A stretch of DNA of 64,000 nucleotides, taken from positions 64,001 to 128,000 of the forward strand of contig JAGSHN010000004.1 in NCBI GenBank assembly GCA_029855935.1. Reading direction: 5' to 3'. Below the pieces are notes generated by a model. The model saw only the letters and a program-made list of their open reading frames with translations. It was not told where the DNA came from and did not search any database. Shown one piece after another: positions 29,501 to 38,672 of the stretch. The translations under genes and the position numbers were made by a program. How positions within the stretch are numbered: the stretch's first letter is position 1; every line of letters begins with the position of its first letter. The stretch is from Candidatus Thorarchaeota archaeon (lineage in GTDB: Archaea; Asgardarchaeota; Thorarchaeia; Thorarchaeales; Thorarchaeaceae).

Positions 29501-29514
29501 TGTGCGTATGCACA
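29501..29514. promoter_or_regulatory. Palindromic operator candidate next to a TATA box
   Basis: TGTGC-GTAT-GCACA directly after TTTATAA, between divergent DUF134 and DUF5320 genes. Confidence 0.5.
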
Positions 29515-29524
29515 GAATTATCTG

Positions 29525-29860
29525 GTGATTGATGTGAGCTGGAGATGGTATGGATACGGAAGAGGTAACAGAGGTGCAGGCAGTGGCCTGTGGCCAGGAA
29601 ACGGCCCGTTCCGGAATCTGCCACCTTGGCAGAGACCAGGATGGCTCTATGGTCCGGGATCATGCTGGGCCCTAGGTCTGTTGCCAACGGGCACCGGACC
29701 GACCCCTCCGGCGTGGCCTGTGGGGGCAGCAACTGAGGCGGAGATACTCAGCAGGCAGAAAGACCTGCTGGAGCAGCAGCTCTCAGTCATGAGAAACACC
29801 ATAGACCAAATATCCAAGCGCCTTGAGGAACTTGAGCGTGAGTCTGCGGAGCGTCAATGA
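29525..29860 (+). CDS. DUF5320-like Gly-rich/coiled-coil protein
   Basis: WPGNGPF.NLPPWQRPGWLYG motif, C-terminal coiled coil E.E.L..Q...LE..L..I.KRL.ELE. Confidence 0.75.
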   Translation: MIDVSWRWYGYGRGNRGAGSGLWPGNGPFRNLPPWQRPGWLYGPGSCWALGLLPTGTGPTPPAWPVGAATEAEILSRQKDLLEQQLSVMRNTIDQISKRLEELERESAERQ

Positions 29861-30744
29861 CGACCGCGGGCTCTTTCTATTTCTGTCAACAGTTCTACGA
29901 CTCGATTCCACATAGAACGCAGTGTCTGAGTAATCCCGCTCCCGGGAGCGTATTCCGGCAACGTCCTCGCTTGGACCATCGATTCGGTCATTATCGGGTT
30001 GAAGGGGATTCGCCCCAGTATCTCAATTCCCTGCTCACGACAGTACTCTTCAATCTCTTCGCTCTTGCTTGGGTTCAAATCGTATTTGTTGAGTATCACA
30101 AGAGGGGTAACACGGAATCTCGCCATCAGGTCAAGTACCCGTTCCATATCATGAATCCCCGACACAGTAGGTTCTGTCACAACAATACCCAGACGAGCAC
30201 CCGTGAGAGTCGCAATCACTGGACACCCAACACCCGGAGAACCATCTATCAGAACCTTTTCCAGTCCCGACGTCTGCGCGAGGCGGAGAGCGCGCTTGCG
30301 TACCTCTGTCACAAGCTTCCCGGAGTTCCCCTCGCCGGGATGTAGGCGGGCGTGTGACATGGGGCCAAATCGCGTCTGAGATTCGTAGGTCATACCAGAC
30401 ACCTTGTCCTCTAGCCGGATTGCACCAGTGGGGCAGACATACTCACACACTCCGCACCCTTCGCATGCGATGGTGTCAATATGCGGAGGATAGGCCGCAC
30501 CATACCGGCAATGCGTTACACATAGACCACAATCTGTACACAGGTCGGGATCAATCACTGCCACCTTTGAAGCGATGAAGTCCTCTTTCTTGTTGATGGT
30601 AGGATGTAGCAGGATATGCAGGTCGGAGGCGTCCACATCACAGTCCGCCAAGACAAGTGGCGCACCAATTGCTGCAAAGGATGCTGCTATGGTGGTCTTA
30701 CCAGTTCCACCTTTGCCACTCACAACCGCAATCTCGTGAATCAA
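29854..30744 (-). CDS. MinD-superfamily P-loop ATPase with 4Fe-4S ferredoxin insert (COG1149)
   Basis: SGKGGTGKT, DCDVDA, CTDCGLC...C, CEGCGVC...CP, NSGKLV, DGSPGVGCPV. Confidence 0.92.
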   Translation of the reverse strand: MIHEIAVVSGKGGTGKTTIAASFAAIGAPLVLADCDVDASDLHILLHPTINKKEDFIASKVAVIDPDLCTDCGLCVTHCRYGAAYPPHIDTIACEGCGVCEYVCPTGAIRLEDKVSGMTYESQTRFGPMSHARLHPGEGNSGKLVTEVRKRALRLAQTSGLEKVLIDGSPGVGCPVIATLTGARLGIVVTEPTVSGIHDMERVLDLMARFRVTPLVILNKYDLNPSKSEEIEEYCREQGIEILGRIPFNPIMTESMVQARTLPEYAPGSGITQTLRSMWNRVVELLTEIERARGRH

Positions 30745-31580
30745 TGCGAAGACACCTCTTGACGAATGCGTTCGAAGAGATCCACGAATCTCTTCCGCCA
30801 CTCGGGGAGCACCTCTACGAATGGCGTACCACGCGAGTACAGCTCTGCAATTGTACGTTCGAAGGGTATCTCAAGCAAGACAGGAATCCCACGTTCATTG
30901 CAGTACTCTCTGACCGAGTCGTCTCCAATGCCGGCCTTGTTGATGATGACACCAAACGGGGTCTCGAGGCCTCTCATTACCTCTACGGCCAACGATAGGT
31001 CGTAAAGCCCGAATGGGGTAGGCTCTGTTACAAGGACTATATAGTCGGAGCCGCGTACGGACTCAATCACCGGACAAGCGGTCCCCGGTGGGGCATCTAT
31101 GATGGCAATCTCCGAGGGATGTATCGCCGCCTTCACGGCCTTGATGACCGATGTGGCAATTGGCTCACCGATGTTCAGGGTTCCGTATACAATCTGATGC
31201 CCCTTTGAGTTGCCCCTGTATAGTCGACCGATAGGCCGAGGCATTTCTGTGATTGCCTTGACTGGGCATACGAGAGCACATCCACCACATGAGTGGCATA
31301 TCTCAGGATAGATCACTACGCCACTTCTCCCCACGAATATGGCATTGAACTGGCAGAAGTCTGCGCATTGCCCGCACCGTGTGCAGACGTCTTGGTCGAC
31401 CACTGGCACTGGGAGCGTGATATCTTCGAAGTCGGTGATATCGGGCCTCAGCATGAGATGAACATTCGGTTCCTCAACATCACAGTCGTAGATGCTCGAT
31501 CCCTCGATGGAGAGGGCCAGATTCACCGCGACCGTTGTCTTGCCGGTCCCACCCTTGCCCGAGGCAACAGAGATTATCAT
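30741..31580 (-). CDS. MinD-superfamily P-loop ATPase with 4Fe-4S ferredoxin insert (COG1149), paralogue
   Basis: SGKGGTGKT, DCDVEEPN, CTRCGQC, CHSCGGC...CP, DAPPGTACP, EPTPFG. Confidence 0.92.
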   Translation of the reverse strand: MIISVASGKGGTGKTTVAVNLALSIEGSSIYDCDVEEPNVHLMLRPDITDFEDITLPVPVVDQDVCTRCGQCADFCQFNAIFVGRSGVVIYPEICHSCGGCALVCPVKAITEMPRPIGRLYRGNSKGHQIVYGTLNIGEPIATSVIKAVKAAIHPSEIAIIDAPPGTACPVIESVRGSDYIVLVTEPTPFGLYDLSLAVEVMRGLETPFGVIINKAGIGDDSVREYCNERGIPVLLEIPFERTIAELYSRGTPFVEVLPEWRKRFVDLFERIRQEVSSH

Positions 31581-31614
31581 TGCTCGGGTCACACTCTCCG
31601 AAATGGAATGTTTC

Positions 31615-31980
31615 TCAATGCCCGTGTGGCTCAGCACAGGCCTCTGTCAGTGGTGCGAGTTCGCCATGGACATACGCTGTGACGGCTTGGTCGGTTTCCG
31701 TGAGGATGGTACGATATACAGCGACTCCGGCCTGCTCAAGTGCACTCAGGCCCCGTGGGCCCATTGAATAGACTATCAACGCATCTGGGCGTAGAGCCAT
31801 TATGTTATCGTGGGTATGACCACGACCACCCAAGTGCTCACTGCGATTGACCGCCACCTGACGATCGACGGTCTCGTCACCATCTACGTCAAAGATAGCA
31901 AGATATGGAGCGCGACCAAAATGCATTGCGACCTGCTTGCCTGATGCATCTTCTGCTGGAATCACCACTCTCCGGACCAC
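31615..31980 (-). CDS. NifB/NifX family (dinitrogenase FeMo-cofactor-like) protein
   Basis: HFGRAPY, MGPRG...L..AGV. Confidence 0.88.
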   Translation of the reverse strand: MVRRVVIPAEDASGKQVAMHFGRAPYLAIFDVDGDETVDRQVAVNRSEHLGGRGHTHDNIMALRPDALIVYSMGPRGLSALEQAGVAVYRTILTETDQAVTAYVHGELAPLTEACAEPHGH

Positions 31981-31983
31981 TGA

Positions 31984-32430
31984 TCACCAGCCTCCACCGT
32001 GTCGTCCCCGGCCACGGCCGTGACCCATGCCTCCCCCCATTCCACGAATTCCACGACTGGCCCCACGACCGGCGCCAGCGTATGCCGGACCGGGTGCGAC
32101 TGTTTCTCTCAGGGATCCCGCGAGGAACTGTTCCACTGCGTCTTTCACTGTACCGTTGATGAATATCATCACACGAATTCCCTGGCTCTGGAGTGCAGGA
32201 TAAGCATTGGGTCCCACACTGCCCGTGATCAGGACCTCAACCCCTCTATCAGAAATCATCTGGGCTGCCCGAATCCCAGCACCACCCGATGCCATCGCGG
32301 CAGCATTGGGCACAGCGTCAAATGCCATAGTATCGGTGTCCACAAAGACAAAGTACGCACAGCGCCCGAATCGCGGATCGACGAATGACTCAAGTGTCGG
32401 TCCCGTTGATGTCACACAGACACGTGTCAA
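31984..32430 (-). CDS. NifB/NifX family protein with Gly/Arg-rich tail
   Basis: VDPRFGRCAYF, GAGIRAAQ, ITGSVGPNA; TTG start at 32430. Confidence 0.9.
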   Translation of the reverse strand: MTRVCVTSTGPTLESFVDPRFGRCAYFVFVDTDTMAFDAVPNAAAMASGGAGIRAAQMISDRGVEVLITGSVGPNAYPALQSQGIRVMIFINGTVKDAVEQFLAGSLRETVAPGPAYAGAGRGASRGIRGMGGGMGHGRGRGRHGGGW

Positions 32431-32554
32431 TAGAATCACCACTCTACTTTGAATCATTATCTGCATTATTATTCATAAAAATCCTGCGATGGGGCCCTGA
32501 CACCACGTTTATCTCTTTGCTCTACAAGGATGTTCACAGTGGATGTGGAACCCC

Positions 32555-33772
32555 ATGGGATTCAGCATAGGGATTGTTGGAAAGCCGTCATGTGGGAAGA
32601 CCTCCTTCACAAATGCCGCATGTATGACAGAGTTCAAGGAGGGAAGCTATCCCTTCACCACCATTGAGGCGAACGTTGGAGTGGCACACGTCAGGACACA
32701 GTGTGTGTGCACCGAGTTTGGTGTGAAGGACAACCCGAAGAACTCAATCTGCATCGATGGCATAAGGCTGATACCGGTCAAGCTCATCGATGTGGCAGGA
32801 CTGGTCCCTGGCGCTCACGAGGGGAGAGGAATGGGCAACCAGTTCTTGGACGATCTCAGGCAGGCCGACGTACTGATTCACATAGTGGATGCAAGCGGCT
32901 CTCTCGATGTGGAGGGTCAGGAGGTGGCGGCAGGGAGCCACGACCCCATCGAGGATGTCAAGTTCCTCGAGGATGAGATTGCGGAGTGGATTCTGGGAAT
33001 TCTCCTCAAAGACTGGAGACGCATATCCGGCAGAGTGCGTGCAGAAGGGGCGAAAGTAGACGAACTCTTGGTAGACAAACTGTCTGGACTAAAGATAACG
33101 CGAGCCCAGATCTTGAGGGCCATCAGGGATGCCAATCTGTCCCAGGACAGCGCAGACAAGTGGTCGGAGGAGGAGTTACGAGTACTTGCTCACAGCATCC
33201 AACGTGTAGCCAAACCTATCATCATTGCAGCAAACAAGATTGATCGTCCAAATGCCCACGAGAACTATGAGCGTCTGAAGAAGGCCTTCCCTGACTTGCT
33301 AGTGGTCCCAGTCAGCGCACTGGCAGAGAAGGTCCTTAGAGACCTCGACAAGCGGGGGATCATCAGATATGTCCCAGGAAGCGACGACTTTGAGATTCTC
33401 AGGAGGGACCAGCTCAAAGAGAGCGAGATTGCGCAGCTGGAGAAGCTGAGAGAGAATATATTGAAGAGGTATGGTGGGACGGGGGTTCAGCAGGCCCTGA
33501 ACGGTGCAGTCTTCGACTTCCTCAAGATGATCACGGTCTATCCAGTGCACGATGTCAACACTCTCAGTGACAGCGAGGGAAATGTACTTCCGGACGTCTA
33601 CCTCGTTCCGGAGGGGACTACAGCCAAAGAGTTCGCAGGCTACATCCATACCGACCTGATGGAAACCTTCATTCATGCTATAGATGCGAGGACAAAGATG
33701 AGAATCTCCGACAAGCACGTATTGAAGGATCGGGATGTCATCAAGATAGTCAGTGCAAAGGGCGCGAAATGA
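32555..33772 (+). CDS. ychF: YchF/OLA1-family translation-associated GTPase/ATPase (archaeal type)
   Basis: GKPSCGKT, YPFTTI.AN, DVAGLVPGAHEGRGMGNQFLD, NKID, TGS domain IHTDL. Confidence 0.93.
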   Translation: MGFSIGIVGKPSCGKTSFTNAACMTEFKEGSYPFTTIEANVGVAHVRTQCVCTEFGVKDNPKNSICIDGIRLIPVKLIDVAGLVPGAHEGRGMGNQFLDDLRQADVLIHIVDASGSLDVEGQEVAAGSHDPIEDVKFLEDEIAEWILGILLKDWRRISGRVRAEGAKVDELLVDKLSGLKITRAQILRAIRDANLSQDSADKWSEEELRVLAHSIQRVAKPIIIAANKIDRPNAHENYERLKKAFPDLLVVPVSALAEKVLRDLDKRGIIRYVPGSDDFEILRRDQLKESEIAQLEKLRENILKRYGGTGVQQALNGAVFDFLKMITVYPVHDVNTLSDSEGNVLPDVYLVPEGTTAKEFAGYIHTDLMETFIHAIDARTKMRISDKHVLKDRDVIKIVSAKGAK

Positions 33773-33792
33773 TAGGACTCAGGCACGGGCAT

Positions 33793-34329
33793 CTATCGGA
33801 GAGGCTTGCCGAGGCCCCAGTACTCCCCTGTGAGAGGGATATACGTGAAAAGGTGTAGATGAGTCAGGTCAGGATTGCCGTTCGAGTCTAGTAACGCCTC
33901 ATCAATATGTACAGCAAGAACCTCCGCAATCACAAGATTGTGGGCGCCGAGATTCACTGTTTCCTTCACCCTGCACTCTATATTGATGGGACACTCTGCG
34001 ATGAGTGGACTGTTGATCTGCGACGACGCGAGAGGCGTGAGATTGCACTCCTCGAACTTGTCATGGTCGCGACCAGACTTTGTACCACAAAACACTGTAG
34101 CCTCAAGCTGCTCAGCAGTCGGTACGTTGAGAACGAATTCACCAGCTGCGCTGATTAGTTCGTGACTGTGCCGCTCTGGACGTATCCCGACTGCCACGGT
34201 GGGAGGGCGGCTGCACACATTTGCCACCCAAGAAACTGTGATTATGTTGGGACGCTCTTGACCCGCCACACTCAAGAGTATCACAGGGCATGGAATGACG
34301 GCCGTTGTGGGACTTAGGATACGCTTCAT
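33793..34329 (-). CDS. Flavin reductase-like FMN-binding protein
   Basis: P.PVIL, N.IT.SW, CGTKSGR..DKF, P.I.ECP..IEC, GAH. Confidence 0.9.
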   Translation of the reverse strand: MKRILSPTTAVIPCPVILLSVAGQERPNIITVSWVANVCSRPPTVAVGIRPERHSHELISAAGEFVLNVPTAEQLEATVFCGTKSGRDHDKFEECNLTPLASSQINSPLIAECPINIECRVKETVNLGAHNLVIAEVLAVHIDEALLDSNGNPDLTHLHLFTYIPLTGEYWGLGKPLR

Positions 34330-34484
34330 ATCGAACTGCAAGGTGGGCGCCCCTTATCAGTATTGACACGAAGCGCGACAGTTAGTCAGTACGATCAAGC
34401 TCGTAATCTGACGACAGGTTTGTGAGCGCCAACTTTAAGAAAAGATGACGAGGGCAACTTCATCGAAGTCAGAGGTGTTACGAG

Positions 34485-35393
34485 TTGGCACGCATACTGA
34501 TTGCGGATCCGATAGCCGAGCCAGCGATACAGAAGATGAGGAACGCTGGGCTTGAGATTGAGATGTGGAACAAAGAAACACCGCTCACAGAGCAAATCAA
34601 GGGTTTTGACTGCGTAGTCGTTCGTAGTGCTACCAAGGTCACTCGTGAGGTCGTTGAGGCAGCAGACAGACTCCGGCTCATCGTGAGAGCTGGTGTTGGC
34701 CTGGACAACGTCGACCAAGAGGCGGCGCGAGAGAGAAACATCAAGGTACTGAACACACCTGAGGCGCCCTCGGTGTCTGTTGCCGAGATGGTCTTCGCCC
34801 ATATGTTCGCTCTTGCACGCAGAATATCCGAGGCTGACGCGTCCATGAAGGCCGAGCGGTGGGAAAAGAAGAAGCTGAAAGGGATTGAGCTATGGAGAAA
34901 GACAATCGGCATCATTGGCTTCGGTAGGATAGGCGTCGAGGTGGCAAAACGGGCCAAGGCCCTCGGAATGAGTGTGCTTGCCTATGACGTCGTTGACATA
35001 GATGCTCGTTGCAAAGAGGTTGGAGCCGAGCGCGCCACATTCGATAAGATGATCGAAGAGTCGGACTTCATCACTGTTCACGTGCCACTACTGCCTCAGA
35101 CCCGGGGTCTGATTGGGAGAGCAGAGTTCGCCAAGATGAAGAACACAGCATTCATAATCAACACCGCCCGGGGCGGCGTGGTGGATGAAGCAGCCCTGTT
35201 GGAGGCACTGAATGAGGGAGAGATTGCAGGTGCAGGTCTTGATGTCTTTGAAACAGAGCCTCCCACGGACTGGACTTTGGTGAAGCATCCACGGGTGGTG
35301 GCCACACCTCACATTGCCTCGTCCACCAGTGAGGCACAGGCGCGTGTTGGGGAGCTGACTGCAGAGAAGATAATCAAGGAACTCACGCGATGA
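34485..35393 (+). CDS. D-2-hydroxyacid / D-3-phosphoglycerate dehydrogenase (short form)
   Basis: VRSATKVT, RAGVGLDNVD, GIIGFGRIG, NTARGG, TPHIASST.EAQ. Confidence 0.9.
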   Translation: MARILIADPIAEPAIQKMRNAGLEIEMWNKETPLTEQIKGFDCVVVRSATKVTREVVEAADRLRLIVRAGVGLDNVDQEAARERNIKVLNTPEAPSVSVAEMVFAHMFALARRISEADASMKAERWEKKKLKGIELWRKTIGIIGFGRIGVEVAKRAKALGMSVLAYDVVDIDARCKEVGAERATFDKMIEESDFITVHVPLLPQTRGLIGRAEFAKMKNTAFIINTARGGVVDEAALLEALNEGEIAGAGLDVFETEPPTDWTLVKHPRVVATPHIASSTSEAQARVGELTAEKIIKELTR

Positions 35394-35444
35394 CAACCTT
35401 CGCATATCGCTATATCTTTAAGCAGAGACGATGGGACCTGGAGT

Positions 35445-35566
35445 AGGCCCTCTCTCAAGAGGGTGAGCCATTCCTTTGTGTTGGCGGATGCGTCCGCACG
35501 GGATGTGGCCCATAGGGGCTGAACCAAAAACACGAAGATTGACAAGCTGCAAAGGATGGAGTTGCG
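35445..35566 (+). promoter_or_regulatory. Structured 5' leader of rpl15e (candidate ribosomal-protein leader)
   Basis: Hairpins CCCTCT/AGAGGG and GCGGA/TCCGC; long-range CCATTCCTTTG/CAAAGGATGG pairing overlapping the SD; TATA-like TATATCTTTAA at ~35411. Confidence 0.45.
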
Positions 35567-36145
35567 TTGGCATACAAATACATGAACGATGCCTGGATTG
35601 AGGAACAGAGAGAGCGTTCCGAGCTGGTGAGGAGCAGACTAATTGTCTGGAGAAAACAGGCCAGTATAGTCCGTCTTGAACGGCCAACACGTCTAGGGAG
35701 AGCACGATCTCTCGGATACAAGGCTAAGCAGGGCTATGTAGTGGTCCGTGTCAAGACTGGAAGGGGGCCACGAGAGAAGCCTCGTCCGAGAATGGGCAGA
35801 AAGCCTAGGAGCCTCGGTGTGAGAAAGTACACTCCGCAGAAGTCCAGACAGTGGATTGCAGAAGAGCGCGCTGCCCGCAAGTATCCAAACCTTCGAGTCC
35901 TCAACTCCTACTGGGTCGGCTCTGACCACAAGTGGGTGTTCTATGAGGTCATCCTCGTTGATCCCAATCATCCGTCAATCTACAATGACCCCGACATCAA
36001 CTGGATCTGCGATCCGGTGCATAAAGGGAGAGTCCATCGGGGCCTCACATCAGCAGGTAAGAAGAGCAGGGGGCTCCGAAGGAGAGGGCGTGGCGCTGAG
36101 AAAATCAGACCATCTCTGGCTGCTCACGGCAATCGTGGAAAGTAG
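35567..36145 (+). CDS. rpl15e: 50S ribosomal protein eL15
   Basis: [44 protein letters not shown]. Confidence 0.98.
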   Translation: MAYKYMNDAWIEEQRERSELVRSRLIVWRKQASIVRLERPTRLGRARSLGYKAKQGYVVVRVKTGRGPREKPRPRMGRKPRSLGVRKYTPQKSRQWIAEERAARKYPNLRVLNSYWVGSDHKWVFYEVILVDPNHPSIYNDPDINWICDPVHKGRVHRGLTSAGKKSRGLRRRGRGAEKIRPSLAAHGNRGK

Positions 36146-36148
36146 GGT

Positions 36149-36673
36149 ATGAGAAGGGGGCCAATGATGCCATCGGCAATCAGGGTGGAGGCCCGTGCCC
36201 ACTCACGAGCGACAGAAATACTTGAGAGAGTCGTCACGGCAGTTCTGAACATCTTTCCGGACTCTCTCAGAGAGAAAGTCGTGGTTTCAACGACAGACAC
36301 AGAGGGATATGGCGGGCTACCCATAGTGGTAGTCACCGCAGTGGTTGAAGGAGAGAAGGCTGCAAGCACCACCCTTAGCCATATACTGAAATCACTGACG
36401 GAGAGCGACCGAGAATGGCTGGCCAACACATTGGAGAGGCGGGTGGATGAGAAATGCACGCTATTTCTTAGGGCCGACAAGCAAGATGCATTTCGGGGGC
36501 GTGTCAGTCTGGCAACCGGCCCGGACATCATAAGTATCCAAGTTCAGTTCCAGGATCACCCCCGGTGTCAGAGAGGAAGAGCGGTCGAATTCATTAGAGA
36601 GGCCATCATACAGGGGGCCTGGGATGACGGCAGACCTCAATGTCAGAGCGAAGACACTGCAGCAGGTCAGTGA
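36149..36673 (+). CDS. Exosome-superoperon RNA-binding protein (COG1325/DUF54)
   Basis: ATE..E.V..A, GYGG.PI, LFLR.DKQ; conserved position after rpl15e. Confidence 0.8.
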   Translation: MRRGPMMPSAIRVEARAHSRATEILERVVTAVLNIFPDSLREKVVVSTTDTEGYGGLPIVVVTAVVEGEKAASTTLSHILKSLTESDREWLANTLERRVDEKCTLFLRADKQDAFRGRVSLATGPDIISIQVQFQDHPRCQRGRAVEFIREAIIQGAWDDGRPQCQSEDTAAGQ

Positions 36674-37334
36674 GTTCAAGGCCCTCGCAGAGGCACTTGG
36701 CATAGAGATCATAGTCACATGCTGTGATGAACTAGCACATCCATCGCAGGATCAGGGCTCCGATAAGGCCACTGTGAGGGTCTTCACGCGGAGAGATCTC
36801 CACGGTCGGACTGTCAACGCTCTGAAGACTCAGACAAATCAGTTCAGGAGAAGAAACGCAATACTCGCTGTTCCGCTTGGAGCGACCAGTGCGACTAACT
36901 GGGCCGCTGAGGACCCACGAGTCGACCTTCTGACAGTCACCAACCTCGACCGCAAGGCCCAGCTCAAGCGTAGTACCGCGAGATTTGCAGCATCATCGGA
37001 CACAGCCCTTGAGATTCCAATACGCCCGCTGATACGGACTGTGGGGCTTGACAGATCACGTTACCTTAAAGCGTACAGGGAAACCATCGAAACCGCACTC
37101 ACCGCCGAGATGCAGGTGGTACTGAGCAGTAGTGCCGCCGACGCATACGAACTCAGGTCGCCAGCCGGATTGTGTTACATTGGAACGGTACTCGGGCTTG
37201 ATAGGAAATATGTGAAGGACAGTCTCGAGTGGGCAAAGAGACGTGTTCTGAGAAACGTGGATAGGTTCAGACCGGAGTTCATAGCACCCGGAGTCGAGAT
37301 AGTCCGGGGGAGGCCTAGTGATGAAGACGTATAG
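36624..37334 (+). CDS. rnp3: RNase P protein subunit Rpp30
   Basis: A.ED.RVDLL, ALEI, LSS.A....ELRSP, ...PGVEIV; conserved synteny. Confidence 0.88.
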   Translation: MTADLNVRAKTLQQVSEFKALAEALGIEIIVTCCDELAHPSQDQGSDKATVRVFTRRDLHGRTVNALKTQTNQFRRRNAILAVPLGATSATNWAAEDPRVDLLTVTNLDRKAQLKRSTARFAASSDTALEIPIRPLIRTVGLDRSRYLKAYRETIETALTAEMQVVLSSSAADAYELRSPAGLCYIGTVLGLDRKYVKDSLEWAKRRVLRNVDRFRPEFIAPGVEIVRGRPSDEDV

Positions 37335-37656
37335 AAGACGCTATGTCCTGTTTCGACTCCTATCTGAAGACAATGGGGCGATTGACGATAAGCAGATAGC
37401 AGATGCCATTCGTCACAGCCTACTGTCACTGTTCGGAGAGATTATCGTCGCTGAGTCAAGGCTCTATGTTCAGGCCTTCGACAACAATACTGGATTTGGG
37501 GTTCTACAGGTGAGTCAGCAGGCACTTGAGAAGACTCTGGCCGCTGCAGCACTCATCAGGTCAATTGGAGATGTTGGCGTCATATTTCATCCAATCAGGA
37601 CCTCTGGAACCCTCAGAGCACTTTTGAGAAAGGTTTCTATAGAACTTCAAGTCTGA
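37318..37656 (+). CDS. rnp2: RNase P protein subunit Pop5/Rpp14
   Basis: RRRYVLF, LFGE, TSGTLR. Confidence 0.9.
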   Translation: MMKTYRRRYVLFRLLSEDNGAIDDKQIADAIRHSLLSLFGEIIVAESRLYVQAFDNNTGFGVLQVSQQALEKTLAAAALIRSIGDVGVIFHPIRTSGTLRALLRKVSIELQV

Positions 37657-38062
37657 CCTCAGTCATCTGATCTGTCGTACCCTGGGCGAGAGCAAAACAT
37701 CGTAGACTCCACTCACCTTTCGACCTTCCCGAGATCAGCCATGGTACAGGATTGAAACGCATATTCCGAACGTCGAGGGATGAGGGGGTAGGATCTGATG
37801 GATGCGAGTGGAAGATTCCTACAACTTCAAGCCCACGTTCCTCTGCATCCAAGAGTAGTCTGTAGTGCGTATGTGGATCAACTTCGAATAGACTAGGTGC
37901 GTCTGCAACGTTCTCCACAGGGTGTGTCTGTAACACTGTTGCGACAGTGTTTCGTACAATACCAAGGAGAAATGCCACGGCCTCGTGGGGCCAGCATTGG
38001 GATGCGTGCTCGAGCAACTGTTGAAGATGCAATTCCTGTATTCTGAGGACCTCAATCCTCAT
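37637..38062 (-). CDS. JAMM/MPN+ (M67) metalloprotease
   Basis: P.EA...LLG, FHSHP...PS..D catalytic motif. Confidence 0.9.
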   Translation of the reverse strand: MRIEVLRIQELHLQQLLEHASQCWPHEAVAFLLGIVRNTVATVLQTHPVENVADAPSLFEVDPHTHYRLLLDAEERGLEVVGIFHSHPSDPTPSSLDVRNMRFNPVPWLISGRSKGEWSLRCFALAQGTTDQMTEVRLEVL

Positions 38063-38072
38063 CAGATGTACC

Positions 38073-38510
38073 TCAATATGGGGACTTGATGGTTTCGAGG
38101 ACTATACAGGTTTCCACTTCTCCAACGCCAGGCACCTTGCCAAGACGCCGTTCGAGAAAATCGCGGAGCTCACTGAGATCGTTCACCGTGACCTTGAGCA
38201 TCAGTCCACACGCGCCGTCCAAGAAATAGGCCTCATCAACCTCGCTATAGTCGCGCACCTTCTCGGCTATCAGCGAGGCCTGCTTCATCATGGCCTTGAC
38301 GCGAATCATCGCGCAGATCCGACGACCCATCTTGAGCGGGTCCAACACGACCGTGAACCGCTTTATAACGCCCTCGCGCAACAGACGACGCACACGTCTC
38401 CTTACCGTCACCTCTGTCTTTCCCACAATCTCAGCGATGTCGGAGTAAGACATACGCCCATCTTTCTGCAATAGAGAGATTATGGTTAAATCGGTGTTGT
38501 CGAGATTCAC
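38073..38510 (-). CDS. Lrp/AsnC family transcriptional regulator
   Basis: LD.TD..I..LLQ.DGR.SY..IA..VG.TE.TV.RR..RL...GVI..F; GTG start at 38510. Confidence 0.93.
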   Translation of the reverse strand: MNLDNTDLTIISLLQKDGRMSYSDIAEIVGKTEVTVRRRVRRLLREGVIKRFTVVLDPLKMGRRICAMIRVKAMMKQASLIAEKVRDYSEVDEAYFLDGACGLMLKVTVNDLSELRDFLERRLGKVPGVGEVETCIVLETIKSPY

Positions 38511-38672
38511 TGATCTGACCTCGTGGTCAGGCCCTCTATACGGGGCGCTCTTCCTCGGACTGTGCCAATTCGTACATATACCTTCCGAAATGTGTACGAA
38601 GTCGGTAATGTGGGCGTACCGAATGACCGAGACCGCATCTATTCCTGACATCACTATGGCATGAAAAGTGGA

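Noticed and set aside
29092-32430. NifX-like genes as evidence of nitrogen fixation
   Set aside because: No nifHDK; this NifX/COG1149/DUF134 cluster is common in non-diazotrophic anaerobes
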